A stretch of 64,000 nt of DNA from NCBI GenBank assembly GCA_963778655.1, contig CAVZVA010000010.1:672001-736000 (forward strand). The letters run 5' to 3'. Every line of letters begins with the position of its first letter. The stretch's first letter is position 1. Both the position numbers and the translations under genes were made by a program. Source of the DNA: an uncultured delta proteobacterium. Its GTDB lineage: Bacteria > Myxococcota_A > Polyangia > Polyangiales > JAFGIB01. The notes below the pieces were generated by a model. That model had not been told where the DNA came from, did no database searches, and was given only the letters and a program-made list of their open reading frames with translations. Shown in pieces: positions 21,660 to 32,302 of the stretch.

Positions 21660-22529
21660 ATGCGCGTGCGACTGGGTTCGGTGGCGTTGGCTTTGGGGCT
21701 GGCGACGGCGTGCGGCGCCAGCCAGCACCCGTCCGCAGCCGCCACCGAGCCGACCGCGCCGGCCGCGCAAGCCAGCGCGGCGACCGCGGCCGCGCCGGCT
21801 GCAGCTGCGCCGGCGCCGGCGCCCTCAGCCGCCCCGCCAGACCCCGAGCTCGCGCGCTATCAGGCGCTGGTCGACGCCCCCGATCGCAGTAGCGACGACC
21901 GCGCGCTCGACGCCGGTCGCCATCCCGCGCAGACGCTCGCCTTCTTCGGCATCGCGCCCGGCATGCGGGTGGCCGAGCTGGCCGCCGGCACCGGCTACAC
22001 CAGCGAGCTGCTGGCGCGCGCCGTGGGCCCCAGCGGCAGCGTGTACGCCGAGAACCCCAAATTCATCCTCACGCAGTTCGCGGAGAGCCCCTGGAGCGTG
22101 CGGCTGCAAAAGCCGGTGATGGGCAACGTCACGCGGCTCGACCGCGAGCTCGACGATCCGTTTCCGGCGAACGTGCACGACCTCGACGCGGTGCTGCTGG
22201 TGCTGGTCTACCACGACACGGTGTGGCTCAAGGTCGATCGCGACAAGATGAACCGCGCGATCTTCGCCGCGCTCAAGCCCGGCGGCATCTACGGCATCGT
22301 CGACCACAGCAGCCGGCCCGGTGCCGGGCTGCAGGACGTCAAGAGCTTGCACCGCATCGACGAGCAGACGCTGCGCGCCGAGGTCGAGCGCGCCGGCTTC
22401 AAGCTCGCTGCCGAAGGAGACTTCCTGCGCAACCCGAGCGACCCACGCGACTGGAACGCCTCGCCGCGCGCGGCCGGCGCGCGCCGCGGGAGCAGCGACC
22501 GCTTCGTGCTCAAGTTCGTCAAACCCTGA
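21660..22529 (+). CDS. Lipoprotein SAM-dependent methyltransferase-like protein
   Basis: LATAC lipobox, R.P..TLAFFGI.PGM.V.EL.AG.GY, YHD, LKPGG, SDRFVLKF. Confidence 0.88.
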   Translation: MRVRLGSVALALGLATACGASQHPSAAATEPTAPAAQASAATAAAPAAAAPAPAPSAAPPDPELARYQALVDAPDRSSDDRALDAGRHPAQTLAFFGIAPGMRVAELAAGTGYTSELLARAVGPSGSVYAENPKFILTQFAESPWSVRLQKPVMGNVTRLDRELDDPFPANVHDLDAVLLVLVYHDTVWLKVDRDKMNRAIFAALKPGGIYGIVDHSSRPGAGLQDVKSLHRIDEQTLRAEVERAGFKLAAEGDFLRNPSDPRDWNASPRAAGARRGSSDRFVLKFVKP

Positions 22530-22553
22530 GCGCGCACGCCTCTGTCCTCGACC

Positions 22554-23066
22554 ATGCCCAGCTACGTCGCCCTGCTGCGCGCCGTCAACGTCGGAGGCAC
22601 TGGCAAGCTCCCGATGACGGAGCTGCGCGCGTTGTGCCAAGAGGCGGGCTTCGCGGGCGTGCGCACCTACATCCAGAGCGGCAACGTGGTGTTCGCCTCG
22701 CGCCTGCCCGAAGCCAAGGTCAAGCACGCACTGCAAGCCGCGCTGCAGGCCCACATGGGCAAACCGGTCGGGGTGATGGTGCGCAGCGCCGCCGAAATGG
22801 CGGCCGTCGTGCAGCGCAACCCGTTTCGCGCGCAGCCGGCCAACCGCGTGGTCGCAGTGTTCCTCGACGCCCCCGCCGCCAAGACCGCGCTCGCCCAGCT
22901 GGTCGCGCCCGACGGCGAGCAGGTCCGGCTCTCGGGCCGCGAGATATTCATCTACTACCCCGACGGCCAGGGCCGCTCCAAGCTCAAGCTGCCCGCGGCC
23001 GCCACCGGCACCGCGCGCAACCTCAACACCATCGCCAAGCTCGCGCAGATGGCCGCCGAAGGCTGA
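22554..23066 (+). CDS. DUF1697 family protein
   Basis: YVALLRAVNVGG, TYIQSGNV, TARNLNT. Confidence 0.92.
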   Translation: MPSYVALLRAVNVGGTGKLPMTELRALCQEAGFAGVRTYIQSGNVVFASRLPEAKVKHALQAALQAHMGKPVGVMVRSAAEMAAVVQRNPFRAQPANRVVAVFLDAPAAKTALAQLVAPDGEQVRLSGREIFIYYPDGQGRSKLKLPAAATGTARNLNTIAKLAQMAAEG

Positions 23067-23136
23067 GGCGCGGGCGCCGTGTCGCGCGCTGGCCGGGCCG
23101 CGCGCTGCGCCGTTGCGCGCCGGGCTCCAGCGCCTT

Positions 23137-23919
23137 TCAGCGCGCGGCCACGCCCCCGGCGAGCGCGTCCGCACGCGCGCGTGGCAGCAGGCGTGCCAGG
23201 CGCTCGGCCCAGGTGCTCTGCCCGGCAGCGTCCGCAATCAGATCCTGGCGGACCTCGATCTCCACGTGCATCAAGCCGCGGCGCTCGGCGTGGGTGACGA
23301 TGGTGTAGTCGGTGGCGTCGCCGAGCGCGTAGGGCTGGTTGTCGCCGACCACCAGGCCCTCGCTGCGCAGCGACGCGAGCAGCGCGCGCCCGAGCCGCGG
23401 GTCGCGGTTGTACAGCACGCCCGCCTGCCACGGGCGCTCGAAGTCCATGAAGCGGGGGGTGAAGCTGTGCAGCGCCAGCACCACCGCCGGCGTTCCGGCC
23501 TGCGCGCGCCGCTCGAGCTCGCCGCCGATCGCCTCGTGGTACGGGTGAAACACCTCGCGCGCGCGCGCCTCGATCTGCGCGGGGGAGAGCCCTTCGTTGC
23601 CGGGCACGCGCGTGCGCTCGCTCAGCGCGAGGATCGACTGCGGCGAGCCGGGCGGGCGGTTGGCGTCGATCACGAGCCGCGAGTAGCTCTGCAGGATCGC
23701 GAACGCATCGAGCCGCTCCGACAGCGCGCGCACGACCCCTGCGATGCCGATGTCCCAGGCCACGTGGGTTTGAAGCTCCTCCGCGCGCATGCCCAGATCG
23801 CCCAACTTGCGCGGCAACGCGCGGCCGGCGTGGTCGCTGACAATCACGAACTCCGAACGGCCGCCGGCTCGCTCGATGCGGTAGGGCGGCGGATCACCCG
23901 CGGTCAGAAGCGCGTCCAT
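23137..23919 (-). CDS. N-formylglutamate amidohydrolase family
   Basis: DHAG, HVAWDIG, SRLVIDANR, PYH, HSFTP, NQPY, EIEVRQDLI. Confidence 0.92.
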   Translation of the reverse strand: MDALLTAGDPPPYRIERAGGRSEFVIVSDHAGRALPRKLGDLGMRAEELQTHVAWDIGIAGVVRALSERLDAFAILQSYSRLVIDANRPPGSPQSILALSERTRVPGNEGLSPAQIEARAREVFHPYHEAIGGELERRAQAGTPAVVLALHSFTPRFMDFERPWQAGVLYNRDPRLGRALLASLRSEGLVVGDNQPYALGDATDYTIVTHAERRGLMHVEIEVRQDLIADAAGQSTWAERLARLLPRARADALAGGVAAR

Positions 23920-24242
23920 GCGTGCCAAGGTAGCCGCACCCGGGCCGCGCGCGCCCGTCGGCCGGCCCGCGGCATCACCGCATCCTACACGACGCCCCCC
24001 ATTACACCCGACCCCGCCTCGGTGCTCGGGGATGGCTACGCAACCCTATCAAGCTCAGCCGAGCGACGGCCGCCACGATTCCAACTTCCGCGCCTCGGCC
24101 GGATCCGTCACACTGCCTGCATGACCTCCTGTCCATTCTCGTTTGCGCGAGTATCGCAGCCCTTCACGTGAGCTCTCCGTCCGGTGCGTGCTCGTGTGCG
24201 ACCGCGTGCTCGCGAAAACCGTTCGCGATCCTGAACGCAGCG

Positions 24243-25007
24243 CTACTGCGGCGCGCGGCCGATCCACACCGCCTTGGCGTAGGCGCAGAGCGCGCCTTGC
24301 TGATCGAACAGCGCGGTGCCGGCGTAGAACTTGCGGCCTTCGTGGCCCATGGTCCAGCCGATCACCACGCAGCGCTCGCCGGCGCGGACCGGCCGCTCGA
24401 CGCGGGCGGTGAGCCGGCCGAGCAGGCCGGTGCGCGTGCCCTCCGCCAGCCACGCGAATTGGCCCGGGCAGTCGAGCGCCGCGCACACGATCTCGGGCGG
24501 CAGCGTTCCGTCCGGACCGGCGAACGCGGTATCGCAGACCCAGGCCGCGGCCACCTGGCGGCGTTCCGGGATCGGTGCCGCGTATACGTGGAGCCCCTCG
24601 CTCGGCGCGAGCTCGGCGCCGCAACAGACGCAAATCGGGTGGAAGCCCTTGCGCGTGCCGCCGAATATGTGCGGCCCGACGTGCAGCGAGGCCGAGTGCG
24701 CGCGCACCGACAGCGCCTGCTCGAAGCTCGCCGGCTCCGGCACCTCGAGCTCGAGCGTGCCGAGCACGGCCTCGGCGATCAGCGTCTCGCCATGGTGCGC
24801 GCGCAGCGTCTCACCCGCGAGCTCGACCGCGAGCGGCTGATCGAGCGGCACCGGCGCGCGCAACGTGACCTCGACCGCCCGCTGCTCGGGCAAGTCATAG
24901 CGCCCCTGCGTCAGCAGCCCACCGAACAGCCCGCACGCATACCCCCCATTGCCGGAGCGCGGCGGCCCCCGAAACCGAGCTGGGACGACGACCGTCGTGC
25001 TGGGCAT
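24243..25007 (-). CDS. Double hotdog-fold (thioesterase-like) protein
   Basis: FRGPPRSGNGGY, HP.C.CCG, AALDCPG, GRKFYAGTAL. Confidence 0.8.
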   Translation of the reverse strand: MPSTTVVVPARFRGPPRSGNGGYACGLFGGLLTQGRYDLPEQRAVEVTLRAPVPLDQPLAVELAGETLRAHHGETLIAEAVLGTLELEVPEPASFEQALSVRAHSASLHVGPHIFGGTRKGFHPICVCCGAELAPSEGLHVYAAPIPERRQVAAAWVCDTAFAGPDGTLPPEIVCAALDCPGQFAWLAEGTRTGLLGRLTARVERPVRAGERCVVIGWTMGHEGRKFYAGTALFDQQGALCAYAKAVWIGRAPQ

Positions 25008-25154
25008 CGCCCGGTACTACAACAAGCGACCGCCCGCGCAAGCCGACACGCTCGCGCTCGCGCGCAAAGCACGTATCATCGCCCCACGGCTGCGCTCGGT
25101 CGGGGGAGCTGGCTCGATATCCCGATCCCAGGCGCGCGCCGCACCACCAGTGCT

Positions 25155-26435
25155 ATGCGGATGCGCAGCCCATCGCCGCTGTTCGTGATCGCGCTGGGCT
25201 GCCTCGCGCCCGCGGCGGCCGCCGCCGGCTGTAGCCGCAGCGAGGCAAGCGACCCCAGCGTGGTCACCATCCGCTTGCTCTCCGCGCCCGACATCGGGCA
25301 CGCCATGGCGGAGATCGTCGCGCGCTTCGAGCGCGGCCACTCGAAGATCCGCGTCGAGCTGGTGCAGGGGCCGGCCTCCACCGACGCGCGCCAGAACATG
25401 TACACCACCGCGTTCATGGCCGGGCAGAGCCCGTACGACGTGGTGCACATGGACGTGGTCTGGGTGCCGATGTTCGCGGCGCAGGGCTGGTTGCGGGCGC
25501 TCGACGACCTGTGGAGCCCCGCCGCGCGGCGCGCGTTCATCCCCAGCGGGCTCGAGGGCTCGCGCTACGCGGGCAAGCTCTACCGCGTGCCGAGCCAATC
25601 CGACGCCGGCATGCTCTACTTCCGCAAGGACCTGCTCGACGCCGCCGGCCTGCAGCCGCCGCGCACCTTCGCCGAGCTGAGCGCGCAGGCCCAGGCCCTG
25701 CAAGATCCGCCGGCGCGCTACGGCTTCGTGTTCGAAGGCAAACAGTACGAGGGTCTGGTGTGCACCTTCTTGGAGCTGGCGTGGGGCAGCGGCGCGCAGC
25801 TGCTCGACGCGAGCGGCCACGTCGCCATCGACTCCCCACAGGCGATCGCCGCGCTGCGCTGGCTGGTCGGCGCGGTGCAGGTGCAGCACATCGCGCCGCC
25901 CGGCGTGCTCGCCTTCCAGGAAGAAGAGGCGCGCCACACCTTCCAGCAAGGCCACGCCGTGTTCATGCGCAACTGGCCCTACGCCTTCAACCTGGCGCAG
26001 GCGCCCGATTCGCCCGTGCGCGGCAAAGTCGGCATCGAGCCGATGGTGCACGGCCCGGGCGGTACGTCTGCGGCCACGCTGGGCGGCTGGGGCTTCGGCA
26101 TCGCCGCCTCGTCGCCGCATCCGCGGCAGGCCTGGCAATTCATCGACTTCGCGACCGGCGCCGAGTCTCAGAAGCTGGCGTTCTTGCGCGCCGGCATCAT
26201 CCCCACCCGCCAGGCGCTGTTCAGCGACCCCGAGCTGATCGCGCGCGCGCCCTACCTGCCGCGCCTGCTGCCGATCCTCGAGCGCGCGCGGCCGCGCCCC
26301 GTGCACCCGGCCTACGCGCGGCTCTCCGATACGTTGCAGGTCCACCTCAGCGCCGCGCTCTCCCAGCAGGAGACCCCCGAGCAGGCCCTGCACGCGGCCG
26401 CCGCCGAGATGCGCGCGTTCCTGGTGTCGCGATGA
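25155..26435 (+). CDS. Sugar ABC transporter substrate-binding lipoprotein
   Basis: AAGC lipobox, MDVVW..FA, LYFRKDLL, YEGL.C, FMRNWPY, TLGGW. Confidence 0.9.
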   Translation: MRMRSPSPLFVIALGCLAPAAAAAGCSRSEASDPSVVTIRLLSAPDIGHAMAEIVARFERGHSKIRVELVQGPASTDARQNMYTTAFMAGQSPYDVVHMDVVWVPMFAAQGWLRALDDLWSPAARRAFIPSGLEGSRYAGKLYRVPSQSDAGMLYFRKDLLDAAGLQPPRTFAELSAQAQALQDPPARYGFVFEGKQYEGLVCTFLELAWGSGAQLLDASGHVAIDSPQAIAALRWLVGAVQVQHIAPPGVLAFQEEEARHTFQQGHAVFMRNWPYAFNLAQAPDSPVRGKVGIEPMVHGPGGTSAATLGGWGFGIAASSPHPRQAWQFIDFATGAESQKLAFLRAGIIPTRQALFSDPELIARAPYLPRLLPILERARPRPVHPAYARLSDTLQVHLSAALSQQETPEQALHAAAAEMRAFLVSR

Positions 26436-27274
26436 GCGCCGCCGCCGCCACCCGCCGCGAGCACGCGCTCGACTGGGCCTACGCAACGCCGGCGCTGCTG
26501 CTGATGGGCGCGGTGCAGGTGCTGCCGATCGGGCAGGCCGTGGCCTCCGCGCGGCGCGTGAGCTTCGTGTGGCACGACGGCAGGCTGCTGATCGCGCTGC
26601 GCAACACCTTGGTCTTCACCGTCAGCACGGTCGCGATCGAGCTGCTGCTGGGTCTGCTGATCGCGCTCGCGCTGCTGCGGCCGTTCGCCGGCCGCACGCT
26701 GCTGCGCGCCGCGGTGCTGCTGCCGTGGGCGCTGCCGACCGCGGTAATGGCGCTGTGCTGGCAGTGGATCTTCAACGCCGAGTACGGCGTGCTCGGCGAT
26801 CTGCTGTTCCGCGCCGGGCTCTCGTCCACGCCGCACATCGCCTGGCTCAGCTCGCCCGGGCTGGCGATGAGCGCGTGCGTAATCGCCGACGTGTGGAAGA
26901 CCACGCCGTTCATGGCGTTGCTGCTGATGAGCGGGCTCGCGACCATTCCGGACGACCTGTACGAGGCCGCCGCCCTCGACGGCGCCGGGCCGTTGCGCCA
27001 GTTGTTCGTGATCACCTTGCCGCTGCTTCGCCCCACCATCGCGCTGGCGGTGATCTTTCGCGCGATCCAGTCGTTCGGCGTGTTCGACCTGATCTGGGTG
27101 CTCACCGGCGGCGGTCCCGGCGGCGCCACCCAGACCATTGCGCTCTACGTCTACGACAACGTGTTTCGCTACCTCGACTTCGGCTACGGCTGCACGCTCA
27201 CGCTGGTGATGGCGGCGTGCCTGGGCGCGCTGGCCGCCTGCGTGGGCCTGGTGGGCGGGAGAGACCCCGCATGA
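26432..27274 (+). CDS. Sugar ABC transporter permease
   Basis: DVWKTTPF, EAA..DGA loop, TGGGPG; ATGA overlap. Confidence 0.92.
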   Translation: MSAAAATRREHALDWAYATPALLLMGAVQVLPIGQAVASARRVSFVWHDGRLLIALRNTLVFTVSTVAIELLLGLLIALALLRPFAGRTLLRAAVLLPWALPTAVMALCWQWIFNAEYGVLGDLLFRAGLSSTPHIAWLSSPGLAMSACVIADVWKTTPFMALLLMSGLATIPDDLYEAAALDGAGPLRQLFVITLPLLRPTIALAVIFRAIQSFGVFDLIWVLTGGGPGGATQTIALYVYDNVFRYLDFGYGCTLTLVMAACLGALAACVGLVGGRDPA

Positions 27275-28143
27275 GACCCGCGGCAACCAAAGTAGCGCCC
27301 GCCGCATCCGGCGCGGGCCGAATCGCGGTCCGCGCCGGCTTTTCGCTGCTGTTGTGCGGCCTCGCGGCCTGGAGCCTGGCGCCGTTCGCCTGGCAGCTCG
27401 TCACCTCGCTCAAGCCCGCAGCCGAGGTGGTGGCGATCCCGCCGCGCTACTGGCCCTCGCACCCCACCATCGCCAGCTACTTCGCGATCTTCCAAGCCCA
27501 CCCGTTCGCGACCTTCATCGCCAACAGCACGCTGGTCGCCAGCGGCACTACCCTGCTGTGCACGCTGCTGGCGCTCCCGGCGGCGTACGCGCTGAGCGGC
27601 CCACTGCCGGGCGGCCGCCTCGCGCTGCGCGCGGTGCTGGGCGTAGCGATCTTCCCGCCCGCCGTGCTGATCATCCCCCTGTACCAGAGTATGCGCTGGC
27701 TCGGCCTGCTGGGCAGCCCGCTCGCGCTGGTGTTGCCGTACACCGCGCTCAACCTGCCGCTGTCGATCTGGCTGCTGGCCGCGTTTCTGCGCCAGGTGCC
27801 GCGCGAGATCATGGAAGCGGCGGCGATCGACGGGCTCTCGCGCTTCGCCACGCTGTGGCGCATCGTATTGCCGCTCGCGCTGCCCGCGGTGGCGGCCAGC
27901 GCGGTGCTGGTGTTCATCTTCTCGTGGAACGAGTTCCTGCTGGCGCTCACCTTCATGTCGCGCGCCGACGCCTGGACCGTGCCGGTGGGGATCGCGTTGC
28001 TGGCCGGCATCTCGCCCTACGAGTTTCCCTGGGATCAGATCTCGGCGGCGGTGGTGCTGACCACGATCCCGGTGGTGTTGCTGGTGGCGGTCTTCTCGCG
28101 CCGTATCATCAGCGGGCTGACCGCGGGCGCGGTCAAGGGTTGA
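27271..28143 (+). CDS. Sugar ABC transporter permease
   Basis: TSLK, NS, EAAAIDG, SWNEFL, GLTAGAVKG. Confidence 0.92.
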   Translation: MRPAATKVAPAASGAGRIAVRAGFSLLLCGLAAWSLAPFAWQLVTSLKPAAEVVAIPPRYWPSHPTIASYFAIFQAHPFATFIANSTLVASGTTLLCTLLALPAAYALSGPLPGGRLALRAVLGVAIFPPAVLIIPLYQSMRWLGLLGSPLALVLPYTALNLPLSIWLLAAFLRQVPREIMEAAAIDGLSRFATLWRIVLPLALPAVAASAVLVFIFSWNEFLLALTFMSRADAWTVPVGIALLAGISPYEFPWDQISAAVVLTTIPVVLLVAVFSRRIISGLTAGAVKG

Positions 28144-28153
28144 GGGGAGCGAA

Positions 28154-29209
28154 ATGGCGAGCCTCGAAGTGATCGATGTGGGCAAGCGCTTCGGCGACGG
28201 CGAGGTGCTGCGCGCGATCGGCTTTGCGGCGCAGGACGGCGAGCTGGTGTCGCTGCTCGGCCCCTCGGGCTGCGGCAAGACCACGCTGCTGCGCATCGTC
28301 GCGGGGCTCGAACGCGCCGACGCCGGCACGGTGCGCCTGGGCGGCAAGGACGTGACCCAAAGCCCGCCCAAGCAGCGCGACGTCGCGATGGTGTTCCAGA
28401 GCTACGCGCTGTACCCGCACCTCTCGGTGGAGCAGAACCTCGCGCTGGGGCTGCGCCTGCACGGAGTGCCGGCCGCCGAGCGCGCCCGGCGCATCGCCGA
28501 GACCGCCGCCATGCTCGAGCTCTCGCCACTGCTCAAGCGCAAGCCCGCGGCGCTCAGCGGCGGCCAGCGCCAGCGCGTGGCGCTGGGGCGCGCGCTGGTG
28601 CGGCGACCCCAACTCACCTTGCTCGACGAGCCGCTCAGCAACCTCGACGCGGTGCTGCGCGAGCGCACCCGCGCCGAGCTCAAGCTGCTGTTCAAGCGCG
28701 TGGGCGCCACCGCACTCTACGTCACCCACGACCAGGTCGAGGCGATGACGCTCTCGGACCGCATCGTGGTGCTCGATCGTGGCTGCATCCAGCAGATCGG
28801 CACCCCGGAGCAGATCTACCGCGAGCCCGCCAACGCATTCGTCGCCGCGTTCGTTGGGGCGCCCGCGATGAACCTGATCCCGCTGCCCCACGCGGTCGCG
28901 GCCGGATTGGTCGCCCCGCCCGCGCCGGGCGCGAGCACGGACGGCCTGGTGGGCGTGCGTCCCGAGGAGCTCGAGCTCTGTGCGCAAACGCGCGGCGGCT
29001 TCACCGAGTACGCGGTGCGCCTGCGCGAGCCGACCGGCGCGCAGACTGTGCTCACGCTGCAGGCGGGCGGCGTGAGCCTGCGCGCGACCGTGCCCACCCA
29101 GTGGAGCGAGCAGCACGCCCGGCTGTTCGTACGCGCCCCGCCCGAACGCCTGCACTTCTTCGACGCCGCGGGCCGCCGCACGCAGCCCGAGCGCGAGCCA
29201 CCCCGCTGA
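28154..29209 (+). CDS. Sugar ABC transporter ATP-binding protein (MalK family)
   Basis: GPSGCGKT, VFQSYALYPH, LSGGQRQR, DEPLSNLD, YVTHDQ. Confidence 0.95.
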   Translation: MASLEVIDVGKRFGDGEVLRAIGFAAQDGELVSLLGPSGCGKTTLLRIVAGLERADAGTVRLGGKDVTQSPPKQRDVAMVFQSYALYPHLSVEQNLALGLRLHGVPAAERARRIAETAAMLELSPLLKRKPAALSGGQRQRVALGRALVRRPQLTLLDEPLSNLDAVLRERTRAELKLLFKRVGATALYVTHDQVEAMTLSDRIVVLDRGCIQQIGTPEQIYREPANAFVAAFVGAPAMNLIPLPHAVAAGLVAPPAPGASTDGLVGVRPEELELCAQTRGGFTEYAVRLREPTGAQTVLTLQAGGVSLRATVPTQWSEQHARLFVRAPPERLHFFDAAGRRTQPEREPPR

Positions 29210-29214
29210 GGCCC

Positions 29215-31209
29215 CTACCGCTCGGCGACCTGGCCCGTCACGGCAGCGCGCAACGTGAAGTAGATGGTGGCTCCCACGCCCAGCTCGGATTCGGCCCACA
29301 CCCGGCCGCCGTGGCGATCGACGATGCGCGCCACGGTGGCCAGGCCGACTCCGGTTCCGGGATACTCGCTCTCGGCGTGCAAGCGCTGAAACGGGCGAAA
29401 CAGCTTGGCCGCGTAGCGCATGTCGAAGCCGACACCGTTGTCGCGCACGAAGCAGGTCAGCATGCCCTCGGCATCGGCCTCGAGCGCCCCCAGCTCGATC
29501 CGCGATTCGGGTCGCAGGCGGGTGAACTTCCAGGCGTTGCCCAGCAGGTTCTCGAGCACGATGCGAATCAAGCGGGCGTCGGCCTCCACCCACAGGCCCG
29601 GCCGCACCACCGCGCTCAGCAGACGCTCGGGCTCGTGCTTGGACAGCGCAACCAACACGCTTTGCGCCAGCGCCGATAGATCCATCGGGCGCCATTTCAG
29701 CTCCGCCCTGCCCACGCGCGAGAGGTCGAGCAGATCGTCGATCAGCTCGCCCATGCGTTGGGCGGCCGCGCGCACCCGCCACAGGTAGTCCTGCCCCCTG
29801 GGGTCGAGCGCCGCCGCGTGATCCTCGAGCAGCGCCTGGCTGAAGCCATCGATAGCCCGCAGCGGTGCGCGCAGGTCGTGCGAAACCGAATAGCTGAAGG
29901 CCTCGAGCTCGCGGTTCTTGCGCTCGAGCTGCTCGATCAGCGCCGCGCGCGTCTCGGCCAGCTCGCGCGCGGCGCGCGCCTCGGCAGCCTCGAGCTTCTC
30001 CCGCATGAGCTCGTCGCGAATGCGCCGCGTCTCGTCCTCGAATTGCTTGCGGCGGATCTGGGCGCGCACGCGCGCCTTGAGCACTTCCAGATCGCTGGAC
30101 TTCTGGATGTAGTCGTCGGCGCCGGCGACGAGTCCCGCGATCATCGCGTCGCGATCCTCCAGCGCGGTCATCATGATCAGCGGGGTGTCGCGCGTCGCGG
30201 CCACCGACTTGAGGCGCCTGCAGGTCTCCTCTCCGCCGATCCCCGGCATCAGCAGATCGAGCAGAATGCAATCGACCGGCTGAATCGACAGCAGCTCGAG
30301 CGCCTCCTCGCCCGAACGCGCCTGCACCACGTCGTAGCCCTCACCGCGCAGTGCCGACGAAAGCGCCCCGAGATAGGTCAGGCTGTCGTCGACGGTGAGG
30401 ATCTTCTTGGGGCCGAGCGCGCTGACTACACGGGCCGGGCTCGACAGCGACCCGCCGCGCCGGATCGCCGCGCCGACCTGGGCCAGCAGCAGGCGCAGGT
30501 CATCGTGCTTGCGCACGAACGCATCAGCGCCGGCGTCCAGGGCCTGCAGCTCCGCGTTCTGCTCCTGCGAGGCCGTCAGCAGCACGCACGGCAGGTTCTG
30601 CAAAGCCGGGTCGAGGCGAATGCGCCGGATCACCGTGGGCCCGTCGACGCCGGGCAGCACTCCGTCGACGACCACGGCGCTGGGCCGCGCGCTGGCGGCC
30701 ACCCGCAAGCCTTCTTCGCCGCTGGCCGCGGTCAGCACCTCGTAACCGGCGCCCACCAGCGCCTCCCGCAGCGCCTCCCTGAAGGTCGCGCTGTCGTCGA
30801 TCACCAGCACGCTGCTCGCGCCGGATGCGCGTGTGGCCTCGCGCCCGCGCAGCAGCTCCTGGGCCCGCGCCACCACGTAGCTCGTGTCGTAGGGCTTGCC
30901 CACGTACTCGTCGGCGCCGGTGCGCAGGCCGCGAACGCGGTCGCGCACCTCGACCTCGGTCGAGAGCAGCAGCACGGTGGCCGCGGCGGCGTTTGGCCGC
31001 GTGCGCAGCTCCGCCAGCAGCTCGATCCCGTCACCGTCGGGCAGCAGCACGTCCAGGATGATGAGCGCCACCGCCTCGCGCGCGATCGCCTCGCGCGCCT
31101 CGGCCAGCGACGCGCACAGCACGGTGCGCAGCCCGACCGCGCCGAGCGCCTGCGCGAGGTCCATGCGGACCGTCAGGCTGTCGTCGACGATCAAGACCGG
31201 TGCGCTCAT
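29215..31209 (-). CDS. Hybrid kinase: three REC domains + HisKA + HATPase
   Basis: Three VDD...D...K receivers, FSYSVSHDLRAPL, NLLGNAWKF, DNGVGF, GTGVGL. Confidence 0.92.
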   Translation of the reverse strand: MSAPVLIVDDSLTVRMDLAQALGAVGLRTVLCASLAEAREAIAREAVALIILDVLLPDGDGIELLAELRTRPNAAAATVLLLSTEVEVRDRVRGLRTGADEYVGKPYDTSYVVARAQELLRGREATRASGASSVLVIDDSATFREALREALVGAGYEVLTAASGEEGLRVAASARPSAVVVDGVLPGVDGPTVIRRIRLDPALQNLPCVLLTASQEQNAELQALDAGADAFVRKHDDLRLLLAQVGAAIRRGGSLSSPARVVSALGPKKILTVDDSLTYLGALSSALRGEGYDVVQARSGEEALELLSIQPVDCILLDLLMPGIGGEETCRRLKSVAATRDTPLIMMTALEDRDAMIAGLVAGADDYIQKSSDLEVLKARVRAQIRRKQFEDETRRIRDELMREKLEAAEARAARELAETRAALIEQLERKNRELEAFSYSVSHDLRAPLRAIDGFSQALLEDHAAALDPRGQDYLWRVRAAAQRMGELIDDLLDLSRVGRAELKWRPMDLSALAQSVLVALSKHEPERLLSAVVRPGLWVEADARLIRIVLENLLGNAWKFTRLRPESRIELGALEADAEGMLTCFVRDNGVGFDMRYAAKLFRPFQRLHAESEYPGTGVGLATVARIVDRHGGRVWAESELGVGATIYFTLRAAVTGQVAER

Positions 31210-32300
31210 GCCGGCTCCCCGTTCGCGTGTGACTGCGGCCGCGCCAGCGCGCCCAGCACCGGACCGATCTGCGGCAGCGGCAGCACCTGTTCTGCCGCGC
31301 CCAACAGAGCGGCCTCGCGCGGCATGCCGTAGACGACGCAGGTGCTCTCGTCCTGTGCGATGGTGAGGCCGCCCGCGCGCCGCACTGCGAGCAGGCCAGC
31401 AGCGCCGTCACGTCCCATGCCGGTTAGCAAGCAGGCCGCGCTGCTCGCGCCGTACTCGGCCGCGACCGATTCGAACAGCACGTCGACCGAGGGACGGCAG
31501 GAGTGGCGCTCGGGGTCGTCGCCGAGCTGAAGGCGGTCGCCGCGCACCCGCAGGTGGCGGCCGGGCGGGGCCATGATCACCTGGCCGCGGCCCTGCTCCA
31601 CGCTCTCCGCGTGCCTGGCATAACGCACCCTTCGCGCGCTCTGGCCATCGAGCCAGTCGGCCAGCGCCGGCGCGAACGGCTCCCCAATGTGGAGCACCAG
31701 CAGCACGGGCAGAGGAAACTCGCGGGGCAGCGCGCGCAGGATCTGGACGAGCGCGCCCGGACCACCGGTCGACGCACCCAGCGCCACCAGCCGGCAGGGC
31801 GGGCGCTGTGGCCACGGCCAGGGCGGTGCCGTCGCAGCGGGCCGCAGGCTGGCCGGCGCGCGTCCGAGCGCGCCCAGCCGCGCGCGCGGATGGGTGATGA
31901 CGCGGATGCGCGAGACCAGCTTGACCGCCGCGACCAACCTGCGATCCCAGGCCTCGTCGGGCTCGCGGCCGTCGGGCTTGTCCAGCACGTCGACCGCGCC
32001 GGCGGCCAGCGCCTCGTAAGTCTTGAACAGCTCGCCGCGGTTGGTCGACGCCGACACCACCAGGATCGGCGTGGGCACGTGGGCCATGATGTACTCGGTC
32101 GCGGCCAGGCCGCTCATCACCGGCAGCATCATGTCGAGCGTGACCACGTCGGGCTTGAGCGCCAGGCACTGCTCGATCGCCTGCTTGCCGTCGACGGCCT
32201 CGCCTGCAATTTCGATCTCGGGGTCCTTGGCGAGCGCATCGCGCAGCCGGCCGCGCACCGTGGCGGAGTCCTCGACGATCAGCACGCGAATTCTCGCCAT
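31206..32300 (-). CDS. cheB: Chemotaxis response regulator/methylesterase CheB
   Basis: REC plus GASTGGP, RPSVD and LTGMGRDG. Confidence 0.95.
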   Translation of the reverse strand: MARIRVLIVEDSATVRGRLRDALAKDPEIEIAGEAVDGKQAIEQCLALKPDVVTLDMMLPVMSGLAATEYIMAHVPTPILVVSASTNRGELFKTYEALAAGAVDVLDKPDGREPDEAWDRRLVAAVKLVSRIRVITHPRARLGALGRAPASLRPAATAPPWPWPQRPPCRLVALGASTGGPGALVQILRALPREFPLPVLLVLHIGEPFAPALADWLDGQSARRVRYARHAESVEQGRGQVIMAPPGRHLRVRGDRLQLGDDPERHSCRPSVDVLFESVAAEYGASSAACLLTGMGRDGAAGLLAVRRAGGLTIAQDESTCVVYGMPREAALLGAAEQVLPLPQIGPVLGALARPQSHANGEPA

Positions 32301-32302
32301 GG

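Noticed and set aside
23930..24240. Riboswitch or leader peptide (AGGAGG-TC-ATG CAG GCA GTG TGA on the minus strand) upstream of the amidohydrolase
   Set aside because: SD spacing is too short, the ORF is 4 codons, and I could not recognise any riboswitch consensus or SECIS.
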